From an uncultured virus (IMG/VR IMGVR_UViG_3300031774_002347) (lineage: Duplodnaviria; Heunggongvirae; Uroviricota; Caudoviricetes): a DNA stretch of 64,000 nt. The notes under the pieces are model-generated. The model did not search any database. It saw only the letters and a program-made list of their open reading frames with translations, and was not told where the DNA came from. Both the position numbers and the translations under genes were made by a program. This document shows, piece by piece, positions 49,216-58,626 of the stretch; positions within the stretch are counted from its first letter, which is position 1, and each line of letters opens with the position of its first letter. The stretch lies in the IMG/VR virus record IMGVR_UViG_3300031774_002347. One strand, written 5' to 3'.

Positions 49216-49795
49216 ACCAGTAGAACAGAACTTTACACCTAATCCAAATTTTAGATGGTGGGTGGATAGAAAAAACTTTATTACTCAAGAAGAGTGTGAT
49301 GAGTTTATAACACGAATTGATAAAGATTGTGTGAAGAAACAAAAGGATGTTTACTATGGTGCAGATTCTAATCCTAAGTATAAAAAAGACCCTGCAGTTT
49401 GTAACTTAAATGTTGCACTCTATACGGATGAGGAAATATTAACAAAATATTGGAACGCATTTAAACTAGCAAATCAACTTTATTATAAATTTGATATCGG
49501 TGGGATTCATAGAAATGAATATACTGGTCATAAATATGAAGTTGGAGATTGGTACACACCACACGCAGATTTTCATCCATCAGATGATTTCAGTATAGTT
49601 AAAATGACTGCAGTATTATTTTTAAATAATGAATATGAGGGTGGAGATTTTATATTATTTGATGATACTATAATTGAACCAGAACCAGGTAGATTGATTA
49701 TATTTCCATCATTTGCAGGACACCAAGTTACACCAGTTACTAAAGGTGTAAGGTACACAAGTGTTTGTTGGGTTGCAGGAAACACTTTTAAATAA
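49199..49795 (+). CDS. 2OG-Fe(II) oxygenase
   Basis: PHAD...YEGGDF...HQVTPVTKGVRY. Confidence 0.9.
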   Translation: MIPLYKPVEQNFTPNPNFRWWVDRKNFITQEECDEFITRIDKDCVKKQKDVYYGADSNPKYKKDPAVCNLNVALYTDEEILTKYWNAFKLANQLYYKFDIGGIHRNEYTGHKYEVGDWYTPHADFHPSDDFSIVKMTAVLFLNNEYEGGDFILFDDTIIEPEPGRLIIFPSFAGHQVTPVTKGVRYTSVCWVAGNTFK

Positions 49796-49845
49796 ATTAA
49801 ATTTTAGAGATTATATTCTCTATTTATATACATCAAAAGGTTATT

Positions 49846-50280
49846 ATGGCAAAAACAAAATCGTTATTCGACCACATAAAACAAATTACTAATGTTCAAA
49901 ATACTATGTATTGGGACTCCTTATCAGATGCTGATAAAAAAACTTGGAGTAACTATATGGTACATCGATTTCTTAGTATGAAATCTGAATGGTTAGAGGT
50001 TGTAAATGAGATACAAAAGTATTGGGAACTAAAACCAAAGAATTTGTATCAGTTTTATATTGACATAATACCAAGAGGTAGAACATTTCTTAGATATACC
50101 AAATCTAAAAAGAAATCAAAAGTTGAAAAATGGGCTATGGAACATTTAGTGGATTACTTTGAATGTAGTACACGAGAAGTTGAACAACATTTGGATATAT
50201 TAACAAAACAACAAGTAACAAGCATTATAATGAGATATGGTGTGGATGATAAACAATTAAAAAAAATATGGAGTAAGTAA
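49846..50280 (+). CDS. Clamp loader small subunit (gp62-like)
   Basis: SLFDHI...WSNYMVHRFLSM...LVDYFECS. Confidence 0.6.
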   Translation: MAKTKSLFDHIKQITNVQNTMYWDSLSDADKKTWSNYMVHRFLSMKSEWLEVVNEIQKYWELKPKNLYQFYIDIIPRGRTFLRYTKSKKKSKVEKWAMEHLVDYFECSTREVEQHLDILTKQQVTSIIMRYGVDDKQLKKIWSK

Positions 50281-50846
50281 TGGCAGAACAAGGTTTTAAA
50301 AAAGAAGAACAATTCGCAATGTCAGAGATGGAGTGGGGTGTTAATTCAAAAACCAACACTACCTATATGAATTTTGAATTTGATATTGATAGTTTGTATA
50401 GTACGATAGTTAAGTTAGATTATTTGGTAAGAGTAAATCCACATTTGAATGCTATAAATCTTAATATTGCTTCCTATGGTGGTGATGTTTATGCTATGTT
50501 AGGATTGGTAGATTATATACACAATATGGATATTAAAGTGAATACACATTGTGTTGGAACTTGTATGAGTGCTGCAGCAGTTTTATTAGCATGTGGTACT
50601 GGTGAAAGAACAATGACAAAACATTCGACTGTGATGGTACACGAGGGTTCAGCAGTAGAGGTTGGTAAATCTACAGATGTTATGAGAGGTGTTGACCACT
50701 TAAAGGAATTAGCAAAAGATATTAATGAGTTACTTGCAGAAGTAACTAACAAGGATGTGAAGTTTTGGAAGAGAATGAATAGAAACGATACATACTTAGA
50801 TGCCGCACAATGTTTAGAATATGGTATCATCGATAAAATTATTTAA
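50280..50846 (+). CDS. clpP: ClpP-like serine protease
   Basis: IASYGGDV, CMSAAAVL (Ser), VMVHE (His), DTYLDAAQCLEYGIID. Confidence 0.85.
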   Translation: MAEQGFKKEEQFAMSEMEWGVNSKTNTTYMNFEFDIDSLYSTIVKLDYLVRVNPHLNAINLNIASYGGDVYAMLGLVDYIHNMDIKVNTHCVGTCMSAAAVLLACGTGERTMTKHSTVMVHEGSAVEVGKSTDVMRGVDHLKELAKDINELLAEVTNKDVKFWKRMNRNDTYLDAAQCLEYGIIDKII

Positions 50847-50854
50847 AAAAGTAC

Positions 50855-50884
50855 TTGACTCTTATATGAAAAATGTCGTATATT
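50855..50884 (+). promoter_or_regulatory. Sigma70-type promoter
   Basis: AAAAAAGTAC-TTGACT-N18-TATATT. Confidence 0.75.
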
Positions 50885-50907
50885 CAAGTATGAAATCGGA
50901 GTAAAAT

Positions 50908-51303
50908 ATGAGTGAAACATATATAAAAGATAAATCTACAAAACAAGTAGTTGATAAAACAAGTGCAAATATTATTGCACAGATGGAAAAAGAATGGCCA
51001 GAGATGACTACAGAGTTTCGTAGATTACAACGAGAACAATATGAATTGTTCCTACACAAACAACACGATTATGGCCCAGGTAATATATCAGTTGGTTCAC
51101 CACTAAAAACAGAAGAGGATATTAAATTATCTCTTACTGGTTTATGGTTTAGGATGAACGATAAAATACAGAGGTTGAAAACTCTATTGATGAGTGGTAG
51201 GGTAAATGCTGTAAAGGATGAACCAATGGAAGATGCGTTCTTAGATGTATCTAATTATGGTATTATGGCAACAATTGTTAAAAATGGAAAATGGGGTAGA
51301 TAA
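50908..51303 (+). CDS. DUF1599 / nucleotide-modification-associated domain 1 protein
   Basis: KQHDYG...RMNDKIQRL...EPMEDAFLDVSNYGIM. Confidence 0.7.
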   Translation: MSETYIKDKSTKQVVDKTSANIIAQMEKEWPEMTTEFRRLQREQYELFLHKQHDYGPGNISVGSPLKTEEDIKLSLTGLWFRMNDKIQRLKTLLMSGRVNAVKDEPMEDAFLDVSNYGIMATIVKNGKWGR

Positions 51304-52170
51304 TTGGCCAGAATAAGTTATAGTCAATTTTCACAATGGGATAAATGCCCACAAATGTGGAAACTTAACTATGTAGATAAACTCGGTACATTCGAGGGTA
51401 ATATCTACACGGTCTTTGGAACTGCGGTTCACGAAACAATCCAAGCATACTTAGTTTGTTATTATGAGAAAACCATAAAGAAAGCAGATTCACTTCCATT
51501 AAAAGAAATTCTACTATACAGAATGGAAGAAAACTACAAGAAGGCAGTTGCCTCTTCAGAAAATGAATTACCAATAACTTTGCCAGAGATGAAAGAGTTT
51601 TACCAAGATGGGTTAAATATTATTGGTGAGTTCTTAAAGTTAAAAAATAGATACTTCCCTAAAAAAGACCACGAGTTACTTGGGATAGAATTAGATTTGA
51701 ATTTTGATTTACCAAACCAAATGAAGTTCATTGGGTATATGGATGTAGTTATACACGATAAACGAAGAGGTAGAGTTAAGATTATAGATATCAAAACATC
51801 TACGATGGGTTGGAACAAATGGCAAAAAGCCGATAAGAATAAAACTAATCAGTTACTATTATATAAACATTTCTTTGCAAAACAACGAGATATTTCAGTC
51901 GATAAAATAGATATTGAATATTTAATATTGAAGAGAAAATTGTATGAGAACTTACAATATCCACAAAAGAGAATACAAACCTTTTCACCAGCAAGTGGAA
52001 CACCAAGTGTAAATAGGGTTATGAAAAGGTTACAAGAGTTTATTGATGATTGTTTTGATTCAGAGGGTAAACAAGTGCTGAAAGAATATACTAAGATTGC
52101 ATCAGCAAAGAATTGTAAATATTGTGAGTTCAAAACTAAACCAGATTTATGTGATAGGAATATGAAATGA
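51304..52170 (+). CDS. Cas4/RecB-like PD-(D/E)xK exonuclease
   Basis: ISYSQ..KCP, FGTAVHE, GYMDVV..IIDIKT, QLLLY, C-terminal CKYCEF..C. Confidence 0.85.
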   Translation: MARISYSQFSQWDKCPQMWKLNYVDKLGTFEGNIYTVFGTAVHETIQAYLVCYYEKTIKKADSLPLKEILLYRMEENYKKAVASSENELPITLPEMKEFYQDGLNIIGEFLKLKNRYFPKKDHELLGIELDLNFDLPNQMKFIGYMDVVIHDKRRGRVKIIDIKTSTMGWNKWQKADKNKTNQLLLYKHFFAKQRDISVDKIDIEYLILKRKLYENLQYPQKRIQTFSPASGTPSVNRVMKRLQEFIDDCFDSEGKQVLKEYTKIASAKNCKYCEFKTKPDLCDRNMK

Positions 52171-52649
52171 TAAATCCAAATATAAGATTGTACTTACCAG
52201 ATGTTATTAAAGGTGGTTATACTGAAGAGATTATAAAGATGTTAACTGATATTTCAAATGATGTTCGTAGTGCAAGATTATATTTTTGGTATCACGAACC
52301 AGATTTAAAAGCAAAAGAAGTAAAAGATTTTCTTGATAGTTGGGAAAGTGAAAAGCACACAAATTTTAAAACTATTATCAGACCATACTATTTTGATACA
52401 CAAAATGATTTTATATGGTATGATGTAATGTCATACAAAATGGTGGATTCCCTTACACCAGATGCAACGGGTATTAAGAATCAATATACAAGATTCTCGT
52501 GGAGATATGTAGAACCTAAAGATATTATAGAGGGATTAGAAGAATTTAAAGTTATATATGAGTTCGTTACAAATGATAAACCAATCAAAAAACAAAAAAG
52601 AAATGACGGTGAAGATAGCAATCATCGGAAGTCGGAGTTACACAAATAA
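52167..52649 (+). CDS. Hypothetical protein
   Basis: 160 aa, coupled to neighbours. Confidence 0.5.
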   Translation: MINPNIRLYLPDVIKGGYTEEIIKMLTDISNDVRSARLYFWYHEPDLKAKEVKDFLDSWESEKHTNFKTIIRPYYFDTQNDFIWYDVMSYKMVDSLTPDATGIKNQYTRFSWRYVEPKDIIEGLEEFKVIYEFVTNDKPIKKQKRNDGEDSNHRKSELHK

Positions 52650-53010
52650 CAGAAAGATTCAAAAATTTATTTGGGAACTAAAAGAAAAGTTTAAGAATAG
52701 ATTAGAAATCGTTAGTGGTGGTGCAAAAGATGGAGCAGATAAATATGCTAAGAAGTTTGCATTAGATTTCGATGTAAAATATTCTGAGTTTCCTGCATAC
52801 CACGAATCACATAATATGCATTGTGTAATGGAATCATTTAGATATGGTAAACCATATAATGTGGGACATTATCATAGAAGAAATAAAGATTTAGTAGAGT
52901 ATAGTGATAAAGTAGTTGCATTTTGTACTAATGGTGAGGTAACTAATGGTACATTATCCGCATTAAAGTATTCACATAAAATAGAAAAAAAATACATTAT
53001 TATTGATTAA
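52603..53010 (+). CDS. SLOG-family (YspA/DUF2493-like) protein
   Basis: IAIIGSRSY...IVSGGAKDGADKYA...RRNKDLV..SDKVVAF..GT. Confidence 0.75.
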   Translation: MTVKIAIIGSRSYTNNRKIQKFIWELKEKFKNRLEIVSGGAKDGADKYAKKFALDFDVKYSEFPAYHESHNMHCVMESFRYGKPYNVGHYHRRNKDLVEYSDKVVAFCTNGEVTNGTLSALKYSHKIEKKYIIID

Positions 53011-53052
53011 GTATATATTTATATATATGTATATAATGATTGAGGATATATT

Positions 53053-53247
53053 ATGAAAGAGATTAAATTAACTTCGGTAAAAGTAATATCGGAGTTATAT
53101 AGTAAGTTTAAAAGTGAGACAATTGAGTCGGAGTTCTCACTACAGAAGTTGGTAAACAGGACGCTGAATAAGTTTGTTTATGATGAAGAGTTTCGAAAAG
53201 AAATTCTCGAACACGATAAGTTAACACAGAGTGGAAGTAAATTTTAA
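53053..53247 (+). CDS. Small putative DNA-binding protein (RHH-like)
   Basis: LTSVKV..LYSKFK..SLQKLVNR strand-helix-helix pattern. Confidence 0.45.
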   Translation: MKEIKLTSVKVISELYSKFKSETIESEFSLQKLVNRTLNKFVYDEEFRKEILEHDKLTQSGSKF

Positions 53248-53268
53248 GTTAAATAATAAGGGTTATAA

Positions 53269-54705
53269 ATGGATATTAAATTACCAAAATTAAAGTCAGT
53301 AAAAGAAGTACAAGCTCGTAAGAAGAAAAAGATTCTTTTACTATCAGATGACCTTCGTATGTCAAGTGGGGTTGGTACGATGTCGAGAGAATTTGTATTG
53401 GGTACGATTGATAAATACGATTGGGTTCAGATTGGTGGAGCAATAGAACATCCAGATAAGGGTAAAGTGGTTGATATGCACGATGCTGTAAAAGAAGAAA
53501 CTGGTGTTACAGATGGATACTTAAAAGTTTATCCAATTGATGGTTATGGTAATCCAGATATTCTAAAAGAAATTATGGAACTTGAAAAGCCAGATGCAAT
53601 TCTACACTACACAGACCCAAGATTTTGGGGATGGTTGTATCATATGGAACACGAGTTAAGACAGAACATACCTATTTTCTATTACAATATTTGGGATGAT
53701 TTACCTGCACCACATTACAACGAGTTCTTTTATGAGAGTTGTGATTTGATTATGAATATTTCTAAACAGACAGTTGGGTTAGTTGATGAGGTTGCAAAGA
53801 AAAAACCAAGAACAGATTGGGATTCTACATACTTACCACACGGAATTAATGAAACACAATTCTATCCAATTAAGGATGAAGCGGAATTGTTAGAGATGAG
53901 AAAATTTAAGAATGAGTTATTAGGTAATAAACCACATAAATTTACATTATTGTATGTGAATAGAAATATTCGTAGAAAGATGATGGGTGATTGTATTCTT
54001 GCATTTAAAGAATTTGTAAGTACCATTCCAAAGGAAGATAGAGATAAAGTTACATATGTAATGCATACACAACCAGTTGATGGAAATGGAACTGATTTAC
54101 CAGCATTAATTAATGCTATTGCACCAGAAATAAATGTGGTGTTTAGTACTAAGAAACTTGAAAATAAACAAATGAATTTCTTATACAATATTGCAGATGT
54201 TACAATGAACCTTGCATCCAACGAGGGATTCGGATTAGGAACTTGTGAATCATTAATGAGTGGAACACCAATCATCGTGAATGTTACAGGTGGATTACAA
54301 GACCAAGCAGGATTTAAAGTAAATGATAAACTTTTAACTGCAGAAGATTATAAAGAAATCAAATCTCTACATAATTGGAAAGAGTGGGAACACAATGAAG
54401 AATTAACTTGGGGTGAGTGGTGTAAACCAGTTTGGCCTAAGACTCGTTCATTGATGGGTTCAGTTCCAACACCATACATTTTTGATGACAGATGTGATTG
54501 GCAAGATGCTGCCGTTAGGATTAAAGAATGGTATGAGATGGGTAAAGAAGCAAGAGATGAGTGTGGGTTCAAAGGACACGAATGGGTTAGTGGAGATGAA
54601 TCTATGATGAGTGCACGATGGATGTGTAAAAATTTCATAGACCATATGGAAACTGCATTTGAAAAATGGACACCAAGAAAAAAAGTTAACACATATAAGG
54701 CGTAA
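53269..54705 (+). CDS. GT-B (GT4-like) glycosyltransferase
   Basis: NRNIRRK, LYNIADV..SNEGFGLGTCESLMSGTPII. Confidence 0.85.
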   Translation: MDIKLPKLKSVKEVQARKKKKILLLSDDLRMSSGVGTMSREFVLGTIDKYDWVQIGGAIEHPDKGKVVDMHDAVKEETGVTDGYLKVYPIDGYGNPDILKEIMELEKPDAILHYTDPRFWGWLYHMEHELRQNIPIFYYNIWDDLPAPHYNEFFYESCDLIMNISKQTVGLVDEVAKKKPRTDWDSTYLPHGINETQFYPIKDEAELLEMRKFKNELLGNKPHKFTLLYVNRNIRRKMMGDCILAFKEFVSTIPKEDRDKVTYVMHTQPVDGNGTDLPALINAIAPEINVVFSTKKLENKQMNFLYNIADVTMNLASNEGFGLGTCESLMSGTPIIVNVTGGLQDQAGFKVNDKLLTAEDYKEIKSLHNWKEWEHNEELTWGEWCKPVWPKTRSLMGSVPTPYIFDDRCDWQDAAVRIKEWYEMGKEARDECGFKGHEWVSGDESMMSARWMCKNFIDHMETAFEKWTPRKKVNTYKA

Positions 54706-54708
54706 GAT

Positions 54709-56022
54709 ATGAAACCATTAATATTAGTAACAGCACCAGTAAAAACTCGTAGTGGGTACGGAAATCACTCACGAGATATTTGTTCTGCGTTGATTGAATC
54801 AGATAAATACAATGTGAAAATTAATTCCGTAAGATGGGGAAGTACACCGATGACTGCATTGGAAGATGGTAATCCACAACACGATAAAATTAAATCACAT
54901 TTAATTTCAGGTCCAAACTTAGAAAAACAACCTGATGTACATTTACATATAGTTATTCCAAGTGAGTTTCAACCAATAGGTAAAAAAAATATTGGTATGA
55001 CAGCTGGAATGGAATCCACTATACCAATACCGAGTTGGGTAGATGGTGTAAATAGAATGGATACCACAATATTCACTTCAGAGTTTTCTAAAAATGTTTT
55101 CGAACAAGCAGAATTTAATGATGAGAAACAACAGAGACAAATAAAAATGCAAAAACCATCAGAGGTTTTATTTGAGGGTGTTGATACAAATGTTTATAAG
55201 GAAACCAAGAAGATTGGTAAGACGGTTAAAGATGCATTCAAACCTATTACAGAAGATTTTTGTTATTTATTTACTGGTCATTGGTTGGGTGGTTCAATTG
55301 GACAAGATAGAAAAGATGTAGGTATGTTGATTAAAGTATTTTTAGAAACATTCAAGAATACAAGAAATCAACCTGCTTTATTACTTAAAACAAGTGGTGC
55401 AGATTTTTCTATATTAGATAGGGAAGATATTTTAAAGAAAATTAAATATATCAAAAAAGGTATAGTTGGTAGTAAACTTCCAAATATCTATTTAATACAC
55501 GGAGATTTTACAGATAATGAGATGAATGAAATGTATAATCATCCAAAGGTAAAAGCTCATGTCACATTCACTCACGGAGAGGGATTTGGTAGACCATTAT
55601 TAGAAGCAGCACAGAGTGGTAAACCAGTAGTTGCACCAGGTTGGAGTGGACATGTAGATTTCTTACATAAAAACTATGCTCAGTTATTACCTGGTTCATT
55701 AACTAAAGTTCCTATGGAAGCATTTCCAAAGGATATGGCATTCAATAGTCCAGAAAATAAATGGATTACAGTCAATTATAATGTAGCATCAAGTGTTTTT
55801 AGTGAGATTCATAATAATTATAGTAAGTACCAAGTAAAGGGAAAACAATTACAAGCATACACAAAGAAGCAATTCTCGTATGAATCAATGAAGAATAAAC
55901 TTGAATCTATCATTGACCCAATAGTAGAATCAGTTCCAAAAGCAGTAGAATTGAAACTACCTAAGTTAAATAAAGTAGAAGATAATAAAGGGTTGAAATT
56001 ACCCAAACTGAAAAAGGTGTAA
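54709..56022 (+). CDS. GT-B (GT4-like) glycosyltransferase
   Basis: RSGYG, DRKDVG, THGEGFGRPLLEAAQSGKPVVA. Confidence 0.85.
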   Translation: MKPLILVTAPVKTRSGYGNHSRDICSALIESDKYNVKINSVRWGSTPMTALEDGNPQHDKIKSHLISGPNLEKQPDVHLHIVIPSEFQPIGKKNIGMTAGMESTIPIPSWVDGVNRMDTTIFTSEFSKNVFEQAEFNDEKQQRQIKMQKPSEVLFEGVDTNVYKETKKIGKTVKDAFKPITEDFCYLFTGHWLGGSIGQDRKDVGMLIKVFLETFKNTRNQPALLLKTSGADFSILDREDILKKIKYIKKGIVGSKLPNIYLIHGDFTDNEMNEMYNHPKVKAHVTFTHGEGFGRPLLEAAQSGKPVVAPGWSGHVDFLHKNYAQLLPGSLTKVPMEAFPKDMAFNSPENKWITVNYNVASSVFSEIHNNYSKYQVKGKQLQAYTKKQFSYESMKNKLESIIDPIVESVPKAVELKLPKLNKVEDNKGLKLPKLKKV

Positions 56023-56023
56023 A

Positions 56024-56485
56024 ATGGCTGAAAAAATAATAACCTGTCCAAATTGTTTTAATGACAAGAGATGTTTTGAAGATACTCAAGAAGTTGAGGG
56101 TAAAGATTTTAAATCGTATATGTGTTTTAATTGTGGATTCACAAGTAATTCAACATACGAGTGGGATTCACCAGAACTTAAAAAAGCACAATTAGGTTCA
56201 TCACAATTGATGAATGATATTTCTTTTTATGATGAAGAGAGAAAACTTATGTGGTTTCCATCAGTTTTAAATATGGGAAAGTTGGGAGTAATTTATCCAG
56301 ATGGTACTCAAAATAGTTGGAACTATAAATTAGCAGAAGTTCGTAAATTAACTGCATTAGAATTAAAGGATGATAAATACAAAGGTCACGATAGTATATT
56401 AGATGTAGAAACTGCAAAAACCTATGGGCAATATGAGTTTTTAGATGCTTGTAAGGATATGGGTATAATCAAGGACCTTGATTAG
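56024..56485 (+). CDS. Zn-finger hypothetical protein
   Basis: CPNC...CFNCG. Confidence 0.55.
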   Translation: MAEKIITCPNCFNDKRCFEDTQEVEGKDFKSYMCFNCGFTSNSTYEWDSPELKKAQLGSSQLMNDISFYDEERKLMWFPSVLNMGKLGVIYPDGTQNSWNYKLAEVRKLTALELKDDKYKGHDSILDVETAKTYGQYEFLDACKDMGIIKDLD

Positions 56486-56991
56486 TGGCGATAAAGAATA
56501 CAGCATGGCATCAAGTTGAACCAGGTCAAATAGTAACCTTTATGTATAAATCAAAAGGTGAGACTCGTGGATATAAGAGAACCATCTTGATGTTAAATCC
56601 AGATTTACGATTTAGAAAAAAAACTACCAAAAGAATTAAAAGATTTGTTGCAGGATTAGTATTAGATACCGCAATAACAAGACCATTAACTGAAACTAAA
56701 ATTGAAAAATTATTTGGTAAACTTGGTGGATTAGAATTTGAAGAGGGTTCTATTGCAGCAGATTTACCTGATAGAGTTTCAAAAGCACAAACATCAGTAA
56801 TGTATAAAAGATTAAAACAATTGGTTGGTCAATATCAAAATTACAGAACATTTGATAGAAGAGAATGTTTAAAACGAAGAGTGTATCTTGAAGTAGATTA
56901 TAGTAAAATACCAAAAGATACATTAGATGAATTTAGTAAAGAAATGGAACGAAAGTTCCAAAAACAAATTGAGGCTGGAATTGAAAATTAG
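56485..56991 (+). CDS. Basic hypothetical protein
   Basis: 168 aa, GTG start coupled to the upstream stop. Confidence 0.5.
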   Translation: MAIKNTAWHQVEPGQIVTFMYKSKGETRGYKRTILMLNPDLRFRKKTTKRIKRFVAGLVLDTAITRPLTETKIEKLFGKLGGLEFEEGSIAADLPDRVSKAQTSVMYKRLKQLVGQYQNYRTFDRRECLKRRVYLEVDYSKIPKDTLDEFSKEMERKFQKQIEAGIEN

Positions 56992-57601
56992 TTATGGAAT
57001 CACTGTCCACAATGAACACGAAGAGTTAAATCAGTTATTAGAAATATTAACAGAGAATATAGATTCTGAAGATGAAGTTGTTATAGTTGATGATTTTTCA
57101 AATGAAGAAACTCAAAATATAATTAAGAAATATGATGTAGAACATCATCAAAGAAAACTTGGTGGTGATTTTGCAAAACATAAAAATTTTGTAATTGAAA
57201 AATGTAGTGGTGATTACATCTTTCACATAGATGCGGATGAATATCCAAATGTTATATTGGTTCAACAATTAAAACAAATACTTGAGATAAATCAAGTTGA
57301 TTTAATTTGGATACCAAGAATAAATACAGTCGATGGTATTACTCAAGCACACTTAAACACTTGGGGTTGGAAACAAACAGAACAAGGTTGGATTAATTAT
57401 CCAGATTACCAATCAAGAGTTTTTAAAAATGATAAAAGAATTAGATGGCAACGACCAGTACACGAACAAATTACAGGTTGTAAAACATATGCTCATATCC
57501 CACCACAAGAGGAATTGAGTTTGTATCATCCTAAAACAATACACAAACAAGAAACCCAAAATCAGTTATATACTGCAATAACAATGGATAATTATTTATG
57601 A
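56981..57601 (+). CDS. GT2-family glycosyltransferase
   Basis: ITVHNE, VIVDDFS, YIFHIDADE, YPDYQSR, VHEQITG; probable TTG start. Confidence 0.85.
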   Translation: MKISYGITVHNEHEELNQLLEILTENIDSEDEVVIVDDFSNEETQNIIKKYDVEHHQRKLGGDFAKHKNFVIEKCSGDYIFHIDADEYPNVILVQQLKQILEINQVDLIWIPRINTVDGITQAHLNTWGWKQTEQGWINYPDYQSRVFKNDKRIRWQRPVHEQITGCKTYAHIPPQEELSLYHPKTIHKQETQNQLYTAITMDNYL

Positions 57602-58626
57602 TAAAAGTAAAAGTTATAAATCCTACACTCGATAGGAACGAACCAACATTCAGAATATTTATGGCGTGTAGAGAACACTTCAAAAATTATGGTATAGAAA
57701 TAACTGAATCAGATGATTTTGATGTAATGTTTATTGGTATGCATGATTTCATAAACAAGAAAATACCATTGAAATATAGTATTGAGTGGGGAAGTGAAAA
57801 TGTAGAGAAACTATCACAAGGTGGTAGGTTTATGATGTTCGATGGTTCAGATTCAACATCGTTAATGGGTGGTATTGAGGTAATGCGAAATACTAATCCA
57901 ACGCGTTACATAAAAAACCAATTATTAAAGCGAGAGTTGTATAATAATCCGATGGATTTTGGAAGATGGTTTTGGGGTAAAGGTGATAATAATCTAAGTT
58001 ACGATATAACTGAAGATGAGTGGAAAAAGATAGCATTGAGTGGATGGAATCTTGGTTATCTACAAGGACATCTATTTGACCAGAATTTAATTATGCCACC
58101 AGCAAATGTAAAACCACACGATGTTTGTGCAATATATCAAGCAGAACACAAAGAGAATTACGAACACGAGATACGAAATGATATTCCATACACCAAACAT
58201 AGAAAGGGTGCTTGGGATGAGTTAAGTATTGATTTCATATCCAATAAAGATAAATTACCTTATCAAGAGTATATTAACTATTTATATAATTCAAAGGTTT
58301 GTTTATCACCATTTGGTATGGGTGAGATATGTTTCAGAGATTTTGAGATATGGGCAACGAGTACAATAATGGTTAAACCAACGATGGATTTAATTGATAC
58401 TGCACCTAATATGTATATAGATGGTAAAACTTATTTTGGTTGTCAGTATGATTGGTCAAATTTAAATGAGGTGATTAGTAGTATTATAGATGATTTTGAT
58501 AATCTTAACGAAAAAGTAACTCATTATGCAAGAGAGCAATATTTAAAAGTGTACGATGCACGAAATTATATAGAGCATGTAGTTGAGATGTTTAAGGAAA
58601 TTAATGAGGAAGAGACAAATGGTTAA
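57598..58626 (+). CDS. Glycosyltransferase-like protein (GT-B C-terminal domain)
   Basis: EYINYLYNSKVCLSPFGMGEICFRDFE. Confidence 0.65.
   Translation: MIKVKVINPTLDRNEPTFRIFMACREHFKNYGIEITESDDFDVMFIGMHDFINKKIPLKYSIEWGSENVEKLSQGGRFMMFDGSDSTSLMGGIEVMRNTNPTRYIKNQLLKRELYNNPMDFGRWFWGKGDNNLSYDITEDEWKKIALSGWNLGYLQGHLFDQNLIMPPANVKPHDVCAIYQAEHKENYEHEIRNDIPYTKHRKGAWDELSIDFISNKDKLPYQEYINYLYNSKVCLSPFGMGEICFRDFEIWATSTIMVKPTMDLIDTAPNMYIDGKTYFGCQYDWSNLNEVISSIIDDFDNLNEKVTHYAREQYLKVYDARNYIEHVVEMFKEINEEETNG

Noticed and set aside
51304..52170. CRISPR-Cas locus
   Set aside because: Stand-alone Cas4-like nuclease; no repeat-spacer array or other cas genes seen
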